Source: Planctomycetales bacterium
Lineage (GTDB): Bacteria > Planctomycetota > Planctomycetia > Pirellulales > JAEUIK01
Direction of reading: 5' to 3'
Assembly: GCA_020426575.1 (NCBI GenBank)
Contig: JAGQPT010000155.1
Coordinates: 1 to 63,704 of the forward strand
DNA: 63,704 bases
Part shown: one piece after another, positions 1-8,823 of the stretch
Numbering within the stretch: position 1 is the stretch's first letter
Layout of the letters: each line of letters begins with the position of its first letter
Notes under the pieces: model-generated
What the model saw: only the letters and a program-made list of their open reading frames with translations
Told to the model about the DNA's origin: nothing
Database searches by the model: none
Position numbers and translations under genes: made by a program

Positions 1-490
1 CGGCAAGACGTTCGCGGAGCAGGCTGCGGTTGTTGGTGAACGGCTGTTCGACGCGGGCCGACTCGGCGAAGCTGATCAGCATGGCCACGTCGCCCGAGTC
101 CAACTGGTCGATCAGGTCGGCGACCTGTTCGCGGGCAGCGTCGAGACGCGTGGGTGAGACATCGGTGGCCTGCATGCTGGCCGAGTTGTCGACGATGAAA
201 ATGAAGCGATCGCCCGAGAGGGAGGACCCCTCCCAACTCGGCCCAGTGAGGGCGGCGATCACCAGCAGCACGGCGAGCAACTGCAGGAACAGCAGGATGC
301 TGCGCCGCAGCCGCTGCCAGAGGCTGTTGACGTGGAGGTCTTCAATCGCTTTGTGCCAGAGGTAAGTGCTGGGAACGCTGACGGGCTGGCGTTTGAGCTT
401 GAGGAAGTACAGCAGCAGGATCGCCGGCGGCACGGCGAGAATGGCGGCCCATTGCCACCAGGTGAGCAGGTTGGTCAGTTGCGGCAACAT
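1..490 (-). CDS. BatA-like VWA domain membrane protein, N-terminal part (3' end lies outside window)
   Basis: My translation of the minus strand from ATG 490-488 gives MLPQLTNLLTWWQWAAILAVPPAILLLYFLKLKRQP...GDRFIFIVDNSASMQATDVSPTRLDAAR. This is a BatA-type N-terminal TM region followed by a VWA MIDAS DxSxS motif. The ATG overlaps the DUF58 stop (TGATG). The frame stays open to position 1. Confidence 0.75.
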   Translation of the reverse strand, partial: MLPQLTNLLTWWQWAAILAVPPAILLLYFLKLKRQPVSVPSTYLWHKAIEDLHVNSLWQRLRRSILLFLQLLAVLLVIAALTGPSWEGSSLSGDRFIFIVDNSASMQATDVSPTRLDAAREQVADLIDQLDSGDVAMLISFAESARVEQPFTNNRSLLRERLA

Positions 491-1383
491 CAGCGCACGA
501 GCCCCCGTTTGACCAGGTACTCGGTGATGAGTTGCTCGACGGGCACCTCGTTGTTGACGAGCATGTACGAAACGCCGCGGCGGTTGCAGAACTCGCGTGC
601 CGAGCCGACGAAGGCGTTGAGCGTTTCGTGGTAGCGCTTCAGCAGCGGCGCGCTGATCGTGACCTCGGCGACGTCGTCGTCTTCGCTGTCGACGAGTTGG
701 AGGTCGCCGGTGAGCGTGGGATCGAGTTCTTCCTTCGACATCAAGTGGATGACGAACACGTCCATTCGCTGGGCCACGAGCCGCCGCAGCGCCGACTCGT
801 AGCCGTTCTTATCGAGCAGGTCGCTGATGAAGACGCAGATGCCGCGGCCGGAGTTACGCAGGCAGAAGTTGCGCACCCCCTGGTCGAGCGTAGCGGTTTC
901 GTTGCCGGCGATGCCGTCGATGCGTTCGAGCAACCGCCACATGCTGCGCCGGCCGCGCAGGACGGGTGAGGGGTGATGCGCGGGCTGGCCGATCGTTTCG
1001 ATTTTCACGCGATCCGAGCGGGTCAAGCCCACGAACCCCAACGCAGCGGCGAGTTGTTTGGCGTATTGCAGCTTCGACGGGTCGCCGAACGTCATCGACG
1101 CACTGGCGTCGAGCAGCGCATAGAAGTGCAGGTCTTCCTCTTCGAGAAATAGTTTCAAGAAGAGCCGATCGAGCCGGGCGTAGGTGTTCCAATCGATGAA
1201 GCGGAGGTCATCACCGGCAACATAATTGCGGAAGTCGGCGAACTCGACGCTCTGGCCACGCCGCGGGCTGCGCCGCTCGCCCTTCATGCGGCCGCGGAAG
1301 ATCTTGCGGCTCACGAGTTCGAGCCGCTCGAGCCGCGCCATCAGGCTCGGAGGCAACAAGTCGGACTGCAGCGTGGAGGACAT
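490..1383 (-). CDS. DUF58 domain protein
   Basis: 297-aa ORF containing GQSVEFADFRNYVAGDDLRFIDWNTYARLDRLFLKLFLEEEDL, the DUF58 signature. It sits between the MoxR ATPase and a VWA gene, as in Bat/MoxR operons. Confidence 0.85.
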   Translation of the reverse strand: MSSTLQSDLLPPSLMARLERLELVSRKIFRGRMKGERRSPRRGQSVEFADFRNYVAGDDLRFIDWNTYARLDRLFLKLFLEEEDLHFYALLDASASMTFGDPSKLQYAKQLAAALGFVGLTRSDRVKIETIGQPAHHPSPVLRGRRSMWRLLERIDGIAGNETATLDQGVRNFCLRNSGRGICVFISDLLDKNGYESALRRLVAQRMDVFVIHLMSKEELDPTLTGDLQLVDSEDDDVAEVTISAPLLKRYHETLNAFVGSAREFCNRRGVSYMLVNNEVPVEQLITEYLVKRGLVR

Positions 1384-1443
1384 TGTTAGGGGTTTAGGTA
1401 TGTAGGTATTTAGGGGTTTAGGTTGTTAGGGGGTCAGGTTTTT
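1384..1443 (-). repeat. G-depleted CCTAA-repeat intercistronic spacer (TTAGG repeats on + strand)
   Basis: The coding-strand RNA reads AAAAACCUGACCCCCUAACAACCUAAACCCCUAAAUACCUACAUACCUAAACCCCUAACA, followed by AUG. There is one G in 60 nt, at least 5 CCUAA/CCUAC units, and no Shine-Dalgarno sequence. Confidence 0.8.
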
Positions 1444-2508
1444 TTAGGCGGCTAGTTCTTCGGTCTTTTCGGGGACGGCTTCCAATAGATCAAGCAGCAC
1501 CTGGTCGGGTTCGATCGCCTCGGCCTGGGCTTCGAAGTTCAACAACACGCGGTGACGCATCGCCGGCAGGAAGACGCGGCGGACGTCCTCGAAGCTGACG
1601 TTGTAACGGCCTTCGAGCAAGGCGCGCACCTTCGAGGCCAACACGATTGTCTGGGCACCGCGGGGACTCGAACCCCATCGCACGTACTTGTTGGTGACCG
1701 GCTTGGCGTAGGGGCCCTCGGGATGCGTCGAGAGCACCATCCGCACGATGTAGTCCTGCACGTGCGGGGCGAGAATCACCTCGCGGACCAGGTTCTGCCA
1801 GTCGATGATCTCGGCGCCCTCCATCACGGGTTCGATCTCGGCCCGTTGGTTGCGCGTGGTGCGATTGATGATCTCCGAGAGATCATCCTTGCCGGAATAA
1901 CCGACGACGAGTTTGAAGAAGAAGCGATCCAACTGAGCCTCGGGGAGCGGATAGGTGCCTTCCTGTTCGATGGGGTTTTGCGTGGCCATCACGAAGAAGG
2001 GCTTTTCGAGTTCGTAGGTGTGACCGGCGGCGGTGACCGTGCCTTCCTGCATCGTTTCGAGCATGGCGGACTGGGTCTTGGGGGTGGCGCGGTTGATTTC
2101 GTCGGCCAGGCAGATCTGCGTGAAAATGGGCCCCTTCTGGAACTCGAAGTAGCGTTTGCCTTCGGCCGATTCGAGCACCATGTTCGTGCCGAGAATGTCG
2201 GCGGGCATCAGGTCGGGGGTGAACTGGATGCGGGAGAATTTCAGCCCAAGGGCCCGCGCCAGGGAGCGGACCAGCAACGTCTTACCGAGACCGGGCACAC
2301 CTTCGAGCAGGCAGTGGCCGCCGACAAACAAGCAGGTGAGCACGCCGTGGATGACGTCGTCGTGACCGACGATGGCACGGCTGATTTGATCGTGTACGGC
2401 GCGGTAGCGTTCGGCGAAACGCTCGGCGCGCTGCTCCATCGTCTGGTTGTCGGTCATATCGTCTTCCTCGTAGTCGCGATGTGTGGTCGATTGTGTGAGC
2501 GGCGGCAA
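1444..2508 (-). CDS. MoxR-family AAA+ ATPase
   Basis: Walker A LLEGVPGLGKT and Walker B CLADEINRA, with MoxR-like layout. An alternative start is ATG 2457 (MTDNQTMEQR), preceded by GAGGAAG. Confidence 0.9.
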   Translation of the reverse strand: MPPLTQSTTHRDYEEDDMTDNQTMEQRAERFAERYRAVHDQISRAIVGHDDVIHGVLTCLFVGGHCLLEGVPGLGKTLLVRSLARALGLKFSRIQFTPDLMPADILGTNMVLESAEGKRYFEFQKGPIFTQICLADEINRATPKTQSAMLETMQEGTVTAAGHTYELEKPFFVMATQNPIEQEGTYPLPEAQLDRFFFKLVVGYSGKDDLSEIINRTTRNQRAEIEPVMEGAEIIDWQNLVREVILAPHVQDYIVRMVLSTHPEGPYAKPVTNKYVRWGSSPRGAQTIVLASKVRALLEGRYNVSFEDVRRVFLPAMRHRVLLNFEAQAEAIEPDQVLLDLLEAVPEKTEELAA

Positions 2509-2532
2509 GCGGGGAGCTTGTGCCTGGTCGGG

Positions 2533-5500
2533 TTACTTTTTTTCGTCGAGGCCCTTGCGGACCTGACGTTTCGCCTTGAGCAGGCGGTCGGTGTACGACT
2601 CGACTTCGGCGTCGGCCTGCGGGGCCAGGCCGCTTGTCTTGCCGGGCGCCGGTCCGCCGGACGGCTTCTTGGCACTGCCCGACTCGATGGCGGCGGCGAG
2701 ATCTTCGCTCTCGGCCTGCGGCGCGTCGGACGTGGGTTCGAATCGCGTGGCGGCGCGGCGTTCGTCGAGGCCCGCCGATACCTCACGCTTGCGGCTGCGG
2801 AGACGGTCGAGATATTCCTCGTCGGCGCGGCTTTCTTCGCGGCCCAACAATCGCGACCGCACGGTCCCCACGAGCGGCGCCACCCAGGCGAAGCTGACCG
2901 CCACGCGGCGGTTGAACACGTCGAAAAAGAACAGGCAGCCGGCGGCAAACAGCAGGTAATACCAGATGTCCTGGCTGCTGCGGGCACGCTCCAGGTCGCG
3001 GCGGAAGGGATTCACGTCGAGCAACTCTTTCAGGTCCGTTTCGTTGCTGTCGACTTCGACAAAGGTGCCGGGCTCGCCTCCTTTGGGCACCAGGCTGGCC
3101 ATTGCCGAGAGCACACCGACGTCGGGCTGGCGATCGCGGAACTCGTCGGAATAGGGCACGTTCAGACCGGTGCGAATCGGCGGCAAGTTGCCACCGGGAT
3201 TCACCATCACCAGGAAGTTGCCCGACTTCGTCGCGTCGAACGTGCCAACGTACCGCCCCGGCGCCGTTTGTGCGATGTCAATGTCGACGGCTTCCATGTC
3301 CGGGTCGACGACCATGCCGGTCATGTTCAACATGTCGATGAAGCGGTCGTCCTTGTCCAGCGCGGTGATGAAGACGCGCCCCTGTCCGTCGCTTTGATCG
3401 ACGGCGACGGTGAAGTTGCCCTGATCGTCCATCGGGCGCATCGACCAGCGGATCATTTGCGTGAAGAACTTGTCGTACATTTCCGAGTTGGTCCAGAGGT
3501 CGGTCCAGCGGGCGCCGGCATCGGTCGTGAAGGCGATCGCGCGGCCTACGCCATATTGCCAGGTGGCCAGGATCGTGTTGTTCGCGCCGCTGTCTTCCGT
3601 GGCGGGTTCCGGCGAGAGGACGACCACTTCGACCAAGGGGTTATTCTTAACCGTAGTCATCACGTAGCCGCGCGTGGGCGGGAGCGGTGAGGCGATGCCG
3701 CTGACAATGGGATGCGCCGACGAGACCACCTGGGGCAAGAACGGCTGTTCGGGTTCGTAGATCAACGGCCGCGCCACCCGCCGGGCTTCCTTTTGAAAGA
3801 TCTGCGGCAGGGCGCGGGCGTTGTTGACCGCGTAATACTTGCCTCCCGTGTCGGCAGCCAGGTCGCTGAGGACGCGGCTGTTCGCCGGCCCGTGGGCCCC
3901 GATGGCCACGGTGCTGACCGAGATGTTGCCGTCGACGAGCGCCTTGACGACGCCGGGCGACGGCGGCGAAGGATCGCCGTCGCTGATGATGATCATGTGT
4001 TTGACAGCAGCGTCCTTGACCTGGTTGAACGCGCGGACGGCCATCTGCATCGAGGGGTCGAAATCGGGCATGTCGCCGGGCGTCATCGTCGAAAGCCGCT
4101 TGAGCATCTTCGCCTTGTTCTCGCCAACTTCGACCAGGCCGTTCGGATGGTTCCAGAGCCACTGTTCGGTGCCGTTGAAGTAGACCAGACCGCAAAGGTC
4201 CTCGGGGCCGAGGGTCTTGATCGAGGCGGCGGCGGTCTGTATTTGCCAGTAGTTTCCCTGGGGGATTTCCGAGGCGTGCATCAGTAGGGCGAGCGCCCCT
4301 TTGGGCACGACCTTGGCGTTTTTGATCTCGAAGTCGACGGGCATCGCCTTTTCGAGTTCGGTGTTGCGCCAGCCGCCGGCGCCGAAGCTGCTGGGGCCGC
4401 CGAGCATGACCAGCCCCGCCCCGAGCTTTTGCGTGTTGGCCACCATCGCCTTGATCTGGACGGTGCTGAAATACTCCCGGGGAACATCGGCGAGGACGAC
4501 GCTGTCGAACGGTTGCAGGCCACCCAGGTCGGTGAACAACTGGTTCGTCGGCATCACCTGCACTTCAATTTCGGCGGACCGCAATCGCTCGACGAGATAG
4601 TCGTGCTCGCCCGGATTTTCTTGGTCCTCGACCAGCAGGACGGTCCCCTTGCCGCGGATGTGCGTGAACGCCGAGGCAGCGTTGTTTTCGGGTGTGGCGT
4701 CGCTGGCGGGGTCGTCCGGAATGAACTGTGCGCCGAAGCGGTAGAAGTTCGACTGGTCGCGTTCGAGCGGCACGGTGAACACCTGCTTGCCCGGCTGGAC
4801 CGTGACGGTTTGTTCGCTGAGCGTACGGGGCACGTCGTCGGTCTGTTCGGTGACACGGAGTCGGCCGGTGACGGCGCGGGCTTCGTTGTCGCCCGTGGCG
4901 GTGTTGTCGACAACAATGCGGAGGTCGAAGGGCTGGCCGCGGCGGACATTCGGCGGCACGGCCACCTTTTCGATGGCGATCTCGCTCTCGGCCTGGTAGA
5001 CGATCGGCACGACGTCGATGCCGATGCCATGCGAAGTGACGCTGCGGGCCTGTTCGAGCACATTGCCGAGGTTTTCGTTGCCGTCGCTGATGATCACGAT
5101 CCGCTTCGAGGCGTCGTGGGGAAACGCAGCCTCGGCCATGTTGATCGCGGCCGACAGGTTCGTGTAGTCGGGATCGAGCACGCTCTCGGTGTCTTCGGGG
5201 ATTTCGATGTCGGCGGCGAAGGGGGGAAACTCGATGGCAGCATCGCGACCGAAGACGATCACGCCGACCTTGTCACCCTGCTGGCGATGGCGGAAAGCGT
5301 CTTCGCGGGCAAACCGCTTCATCGCCACGCGCTGCGACTCGGGGATGCTCTTGGACTGGTCGAGCAGGTAGAAGACGGTCACGTTGTCGCTAGTGCGGAC
5401 AAACTGCGCTTCGGCCAGCGCCGCGATCAACAGCAGCATCACCACCGTGCGGAGCAGGATGGCCGTCCAGCGCCGCACACTCCCCAACCCGGAGAGCGAC

Positions 5501-5586
5501 CGCAACGACACCCACCACATCACCGGCAGCAGTAGTGCCAGCAACAGCCAGGCGGGGTGTTCGAAGTCGAGCTGGTAACCGAACAT
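2533..5586 (-). CDS. Large membrane protein with BatA-like N-terminus and two VWA-like regions
   Basis: 1017-aa ORF. N-terminal TM pair (PAWLLLALLLPVMWWV, VVMLLLIAALA), first VWA (VFYLLDQSKSI), second VWA-like block (HMIIISDGDPS...VSTVAIG), then a C-terminal TM segment and a charged tail. Confidence 0.8.
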   Translation of the reverse strand: MFGYQLDFEHPAWLLLALLLPVMWWVSLRSLSGLGSVRRWTAILLRTVVMLLLIAALAEAQFVRTSDNVTVFYLLDQSKSIPESQRVAMKRFAREDAFRHRQQGDKVGVIVFGRDAAIEFPPFAADIEIPEDTESVLDPDYTNLSAAINMAEAAFPHDASKRIVIISDGNENLGNVLEQARSVTSHGIGIDVVPIVYQAESEIAIEKVAVPPNVRRGQPFDLRIVVDNTATGDNEARAVTGRLRVTEQTDDVPRTLSEQTVTVQPGKQVFTVPLERDQSNFYRFGAQFIPDDPASDATPENNAASAFTHIRGKGTVLLVEDQENPGEHDYLVERLRSAEIEVQVMPTNQLFTDLGGLQPFDSVVLADVPREYFSTVQIKAMVANTQKLGAGLVMLGGPSSFGAGGWRNTELEKAMPVDFEIKNAKVVPKGALALLMHASEIPQGNYWQIQTAAASIKTLGPEDLCGLVYFNGTEQWLWNHPNGLVEVGENKAKMLKRLSTMTPGDMPDFDPSMQMAVRAFNQVKDAAVKHMIIISDGDPSPPSPGVVKALVDGNISVSTVAIGAHGPANSRVLSDLAADTGGKYYAVNNARALPQIFQKEARRVARPLIYEPEQPFLPQVVSSAHPIVSGIASPLPPTRGYVMTTVKNNPLVEVVVLSPEPATEDSGANNTILATWQYGVGRAIAFTTDAGARWTDLWTNSEMYDKFFTQMIRWSMRPMDDQGNFTVAVDQSDGQGRVFITALDKDDRFIDMLNMTGMVVDPDMEAVDIDIAQTAPGRYVGTFDATKSGNFLVMVNPGGNLPPIRTGLNVPYSDEFRDRQPDVGVLSAMASLVPKGGEPGTFVEVDSNETDLKELLDVNPFRRDLERARSSQDIWYYLLFAAGCLFFFDVFNRRVAVSFAWVAPLVGTVRSRLLGREESRADEEYLDRLRSRKREVSAGLDERRAATRFEPTSDAPQAESEDLAAAIESGSAKKPSGGPAPGKTSGLAPQADAEVESYTDRLLKAKRQVRKGLDEKK

Positions 5587-5673
5587 CGTGTTGGTCTTCT
5601 CGCAGGCGGTCGTTGCTTTTTCAGGCGTTCATCATGGTTTCGGTATCACGCGGGCGCGTCGAAGGCGGAGCAC

Positions 5674-6639
5674 TCACATCACAATGCGCTGCACGCGGTG
5701 GTTTTGCGTGTCGAGAACGTGGATGCGGCCCTGGGAGTCCATGACCAGAGCCCACGGTTGGCTAAGCTCGCCGGGGCGGCGTCCTTCATGTCCCCAAAGG
5801 CCGAGCGACTGACCGTCCGGGGTGAACTTCTGCACGCGGCAATTGCCGAACTCACTGATGTAAAGGTTCCCGGCGTCGTCGAACAGCAAGTCGTAAGGAT
5901 AGTAAAGCTGGCCGGGAGCGTCACCTTTTTCACCCCAAATGCGCAGGAGCTTGCCCTCGGCGTCGAACTGTTGCACGCGGTGGTTGCAGGCGTCGACGAC
6001 CCAAACGTTGTCATCGCTGTCGACGGCGAGATTCTGGGGCCGACGAAACTGTCCCGGCTCGAAGCCCTGGCTGCCCCATTGGGTGAGAAACTCGCCTTCG
6101 CGGTTGAACTTCTGGATGCGGTCATATTCGCCGTATTCGGCGACGTAATAGTTTCCTTGCGAATCCTGGACGGCATCGGTGACCAGTCCGAACTCGCCGG
6201 GACCGTGGCCGGGCGTGCCTTCGAGCCCACCGATCGTGTCGACCAACTCGCCCTCGGGCGAGTAGATGAGCACTTGGTAATAATGCGTGTTGGCCACGAG
6301 CAGTCGGCCTTCGCGGTCGAAACTCAGCCCCGTGGGACGGCCGAACTGGCTGTCGGGGGTCGTCCAGCCGCGGAGGAACTTGCCGTCGGGCGTGAAGACC
6401 TGGATACGAGCCGTGTAGTCGACGATGTAGATTTCGTCGTCGGCGCTGATCGCCATGGCGCGGGGTTTTTGCAACTGGCCATTGAGCAAGCCGTGCTGGG
6501 ACCAAATCAGATCGGGTTGATCGGCCGCGGCGCCATCGAGATCCTCGTCGCAGCCGGCGACGATGCCGAGAAAGACGAGCCCGACAAGGAGCCCCGTTCC
6601 CAGCACGATGTTTCGCCGTAGCCCGTTCATGCCAGCCAT
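5674..6639 (-). CDS. NHL-repeat beta-propeller lipoprotein
   Basis: 321 aa with lipobox LGIVAGC. Six repeats end in RIQVF / YQVLIY / RIQKF / RVQQF / RVQKF / RVQRI, typical of NHL repeats. Confidence 0.75.
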   Translation of the reverse strand: MAGMNGLRRNIVLGTGLLVGLVFLGIVAGCDEDLDGAAADQPDLIWSQHGLLNGQLQKPRAMAISADDEIYIVDYTARIQVFTPDGKFLRGWTTPDSQFGRPTGLSFDREGRLLVANTHYYQVLIYSPEGELVDTIGGLEGTPGHGPGEFGLVTDAVQDSQGNYYVAEYGEYDRIQKFNREGEFLTQWGSQGFEPGQFRRPQNLAVDSDDNVWVVDACNHRVQQFDAEGKLLRIWGEKGDAPGQLYYPYDLLFDDAGNLYISEFGNCRVQKFTPDGQSLGLWGHEGRRPGELSQPWALVMDSQGRIHVLDTQNHRVQRIVM

Positions 6640-6818
6640 TACGTTCCGATACGAGAAAGGGATCGCTCGACGGCGACAGCCACCGCAGGAATCGCAACTG
6701 GCCGCCCCCCTTTATCCTCGGAGATTTGCTGGCAATTGCAAGTATTGTTCGCCGGTCCGCTGTGGCGGCGTGGGCGAGCGGCGAGCCTGGGCGTTTGCCT
6801 ACGATAGGTCGCGGGACC

Positions 6819-6848
6819 TTGACCATGCGGCAGAGCGGGTCATATAGT
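6819..6848 (+). promoter_or_regulatory. Candidate sigma-70 promoter for the tsaC-fusion/rpiB unit
   Basis: TTGACC (6819-6824), 18-nt spacer, TATAGT (6843-6848), about 130 nt upstream of the ATG at 6977. Pattern match only. Confidence 0.3.
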
Positions 6849-6976
6849 CGAAAGATGGGTAACCTTACCCGGGTCGTCGACGGTTGTAACATCTGGGCAG
6901 GAAATGGTTTCTGTCCCAGCACCTGTCGGCGGACTCCGAGCTCATCCATTTCGACGCCTAACTCAACTGGTACCCT

Positions 6977-8098
6977 ATGCCACCGGCCGTGATTGATGTC
7001 CGCAAGGCCGACAATCCCCGCGACGTGGTGCACATCGCGGTCCAGGCGCTCGCCGAGGGGCAATTGGTCGTGTTCCCCACGGAGACGGTCTACGGACTGG
7101 CAGCCAGCGCGCTCGCCCCAGGTGCCACCGAAAGACTGCACGCCGTCAAAGGGGGGGACAAGCCGCGTCCCTACACGTTGGCCATCAAGAGCTCAGACGA
7201 GGCGGCCGATTATGTCCCGAACATGAGCGCGTTGGCGGAGCGGTTGGCGCGGCGCTGTTGGCCGGGTCCGATCACGCTGGTGCTCGATGCGACCGACGGC
7301 GACAGCCTGGTGGCGCGGCTCCCCGAAGAGTCGCAGCAGGCAGTGGCCCCGGACGGGACGGTCGGGCTGCGGGTGCCGGCGCATCCGTTGATTCACGACG
7401 TGCTGCAATTGCTGGCCGGTCCGTTGCTGTTGACCAGTGCCAACCGGGCCGGTCACCCCGAGGGCCTCTCGGCCGAGCAGATCGTCGCCGACCTTGGTGA
7501 CGGTGCGGCGCTGGTGCTGGACGATGGTCGTTGTCGCTACGGCCAGGCGTCGACCGTGGTGCAGGTCGCAGGCGACGCGTACAAGGTGCTGCGACAGGGG
7601 GTGGTATCTGAACAGGCGCTCGAACGGCTGGCGAGTCGGCTGATCGTGTTTGTGTGCACGGGCAACACGTGTCGCAGTCCGATGGCCGAGTGGTTGTTTC
7701 GCCAGAAGCTGGCGAAGAAGCTGGGCTGTCTCCCCGAGGCCGTGGAGGACCGCGGCGTGATGGTGGGTTCGGCGGGGATCGCGGCGATGATGGGCGGGCG
7801 GGCAAGTCCCGAGGCGGTGGAGGTGATGCAGCGTCGCGAGTTGGACCTGGGCCAGCATCGCTCGCAACCGTTGACGCCGCAGGTAGTGCGTCAGGCGGAC
7901 ATGTTGCTTACAATGACGCGGTCTCACCGGGACGCGATCTTGACGGAGTGGCCCGACGCCGCTCCGCGCACGCGCACGCTTTGCCACGACGAGGCCGACG
8001 TATCGGACCCGATCGGCGGCACGCTTGAAGCCTATGAGCGGTGCGCGCAGCAGATCGAAAAAGAAATTGATCGGATCGTCGGCGAACTCGAATGCTGA
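6977..8098 (+). CDS. Fusion protein: L-threonylcarbamoyladenylate synthase (TsaC/YrdC domain) + low-molecular-weight phosphatase (YwlE-like)
   Basis: N-terminal YrdC motifs (VVFPTETVYGLAA, LLLTSANRAGHP, STVV). C-terminal LMW-PTP P-loop VCTGNTCRSPMAE and acid loop DVSDPIGG. One uninterrupted 373-aa ORF. Confidence 0.85.
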   Translation: MPPAVIDVRKADNPRDVVHIAVQALAEGQLVVFPTETVYGLAASALAPGATERLHAVKGGDKPRPYTLAIKSSDEAADYVPNMSALAERLARRCWPGPITLVLDATDGDSLVARLPEESQQAVAPDGTVGLRVPAHPLIHDVLQLLAGPLLLTSANRAGHPEGLSAEQIVADLGDGAALVLDDGRCRYGQASTVVQVAGDAYKVLRQGVVSEQALERLASRLIVFVCTGNTCRSPMAEWLFRQKLAKKLGCLPEAVEDRGVMVGSAGIAAMMGGRASPEAVEVMQRRELDLGQHRSQPLTPQVVRQADMLLTMTRSHRDAILTEWPDAAPRTRTLCHDEADVSDPIGGTLEAYERCAQQIEKEIDRIVGELEC

Positions 8099-8252
8099 CG
8101 CCCCCGGGCAGCGGTCCGGCCGGTGCCTTTTCGACACGTGTTTCAAAATTCCAAGGTCCGAACGGCGGCGTTCTTGGCGGCGCGTTCACATTGAGATGCG
8201 GTGCCCGTTGCCGTCGTTTTCGGTGACCGGCGTCAGGGAGAGGAATGCTTCG

Positions 8253-8699
8253 ATGCGAATAGCCCTGGGAAGCGATCATCGCGGCTTCGAGACCAAGACG
8301 AGGATCGCCGAGCGTCTGAGCCGCGCCGGTCACGAGGTGATCGACAAGGGCACGACGAGCGCTGAAAGCGTCGACTATCCCGACTATGCATCGGCGGTCG
8401 CCCATGCCGTTGCCAGCGGCGAGGCCGACCGCGGCATCTTGATCTGCGGCACGGGATTGGGCATGTGCATCGCCGCGAACAAGGTGGCGGGCGTGCGGGC
8501 CGCTCCCTGCCACGACGCGCTGACAGCCGAGTTGAGCCGGCGCCACAACGACGCCAACATCCTTTGCTTGTCGTCCGACATGTTGGGCGATCGGGTAATC
8601 GGGCACATGGTCGACATCTGGCTGGCGACCGACTTCGAGGGGGGGCGCCACGCCCGCCGCGTGGAAAAAATTAAGGCACTGGAACACGAGTGCGATTGA
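8253..8699 (+). CDS. rpiB: Ribose-5-phosphate isomerase B
   Basis: MRIALGSDHRGFETK...ILICGTGLGMCIAANKVAGVRAA...RRHNDANILCL are RpiB/LacAB motifs. ATG 8253 is preceded by GGGAGAGG. The listed ORF (from 8025) extends upstream without homology. Confidence 0.9.
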   Translation: MRIALGSDHRGFETKTRIAERLSRAGHEVIDKGTTSAESVDYPDYASAVAHAVASGEADRGILICGTGLGMCIAANKVAGVRAAPCHDALTAELSRRHNDANILCLSSDMLGDRVIGHMVDIWLATDFEGGRHARRVEKIKALEHECD

Positions 8700-8767
8700 G
8701 CGCCGCGGCGGGCCCGTTCCCGCACAGTGTCGCAACCATACGCCGCTGGCGTTCTTGTCAATGTCAT

Positions 8768-8796
8768 GCACCATTTGGCAATGGTGCGTTCTTTTG
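8768..8796 (+). terminator. Rho-independent terminator-like hairpin after rpiB
   Basis: GCACCAT-TTGGCA-ATGGTGC (7-bp stem) followed by GTTCTTTTG. Confidence 0.45.
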
Positions 8797-8823
8797 CATG
8801 GGGCTTGCGATGCCCCGCCACGG

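Noticed and set aside
1384-1443. TTAGG(G) repeats on the + strand look like telomeric repeats or a G-quadruplex.
   Set aside because: The tract is a 60-nt internal intercistronic spacer in an operon, not a replicon end. It has only three runs of 3 or more G. I kept it as a G-free mRNA spacer observation instead.
1552-3690. 712-aa plus-strand ORF overlapping the MoxR and large VWA genes.
   Set aside because: It is the antisense shadow of two genes with clear motifs. It has no recognisable motif and a biased composition.
6122-7141. 339-aa minus-strand ORF bridging the NHL gene, the divergent spacer and the tsaC start.
   Set aside because: It overlaps two well-supported genes in other frames or strands and crosses the promoter region. 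The translation is Arg-rich.
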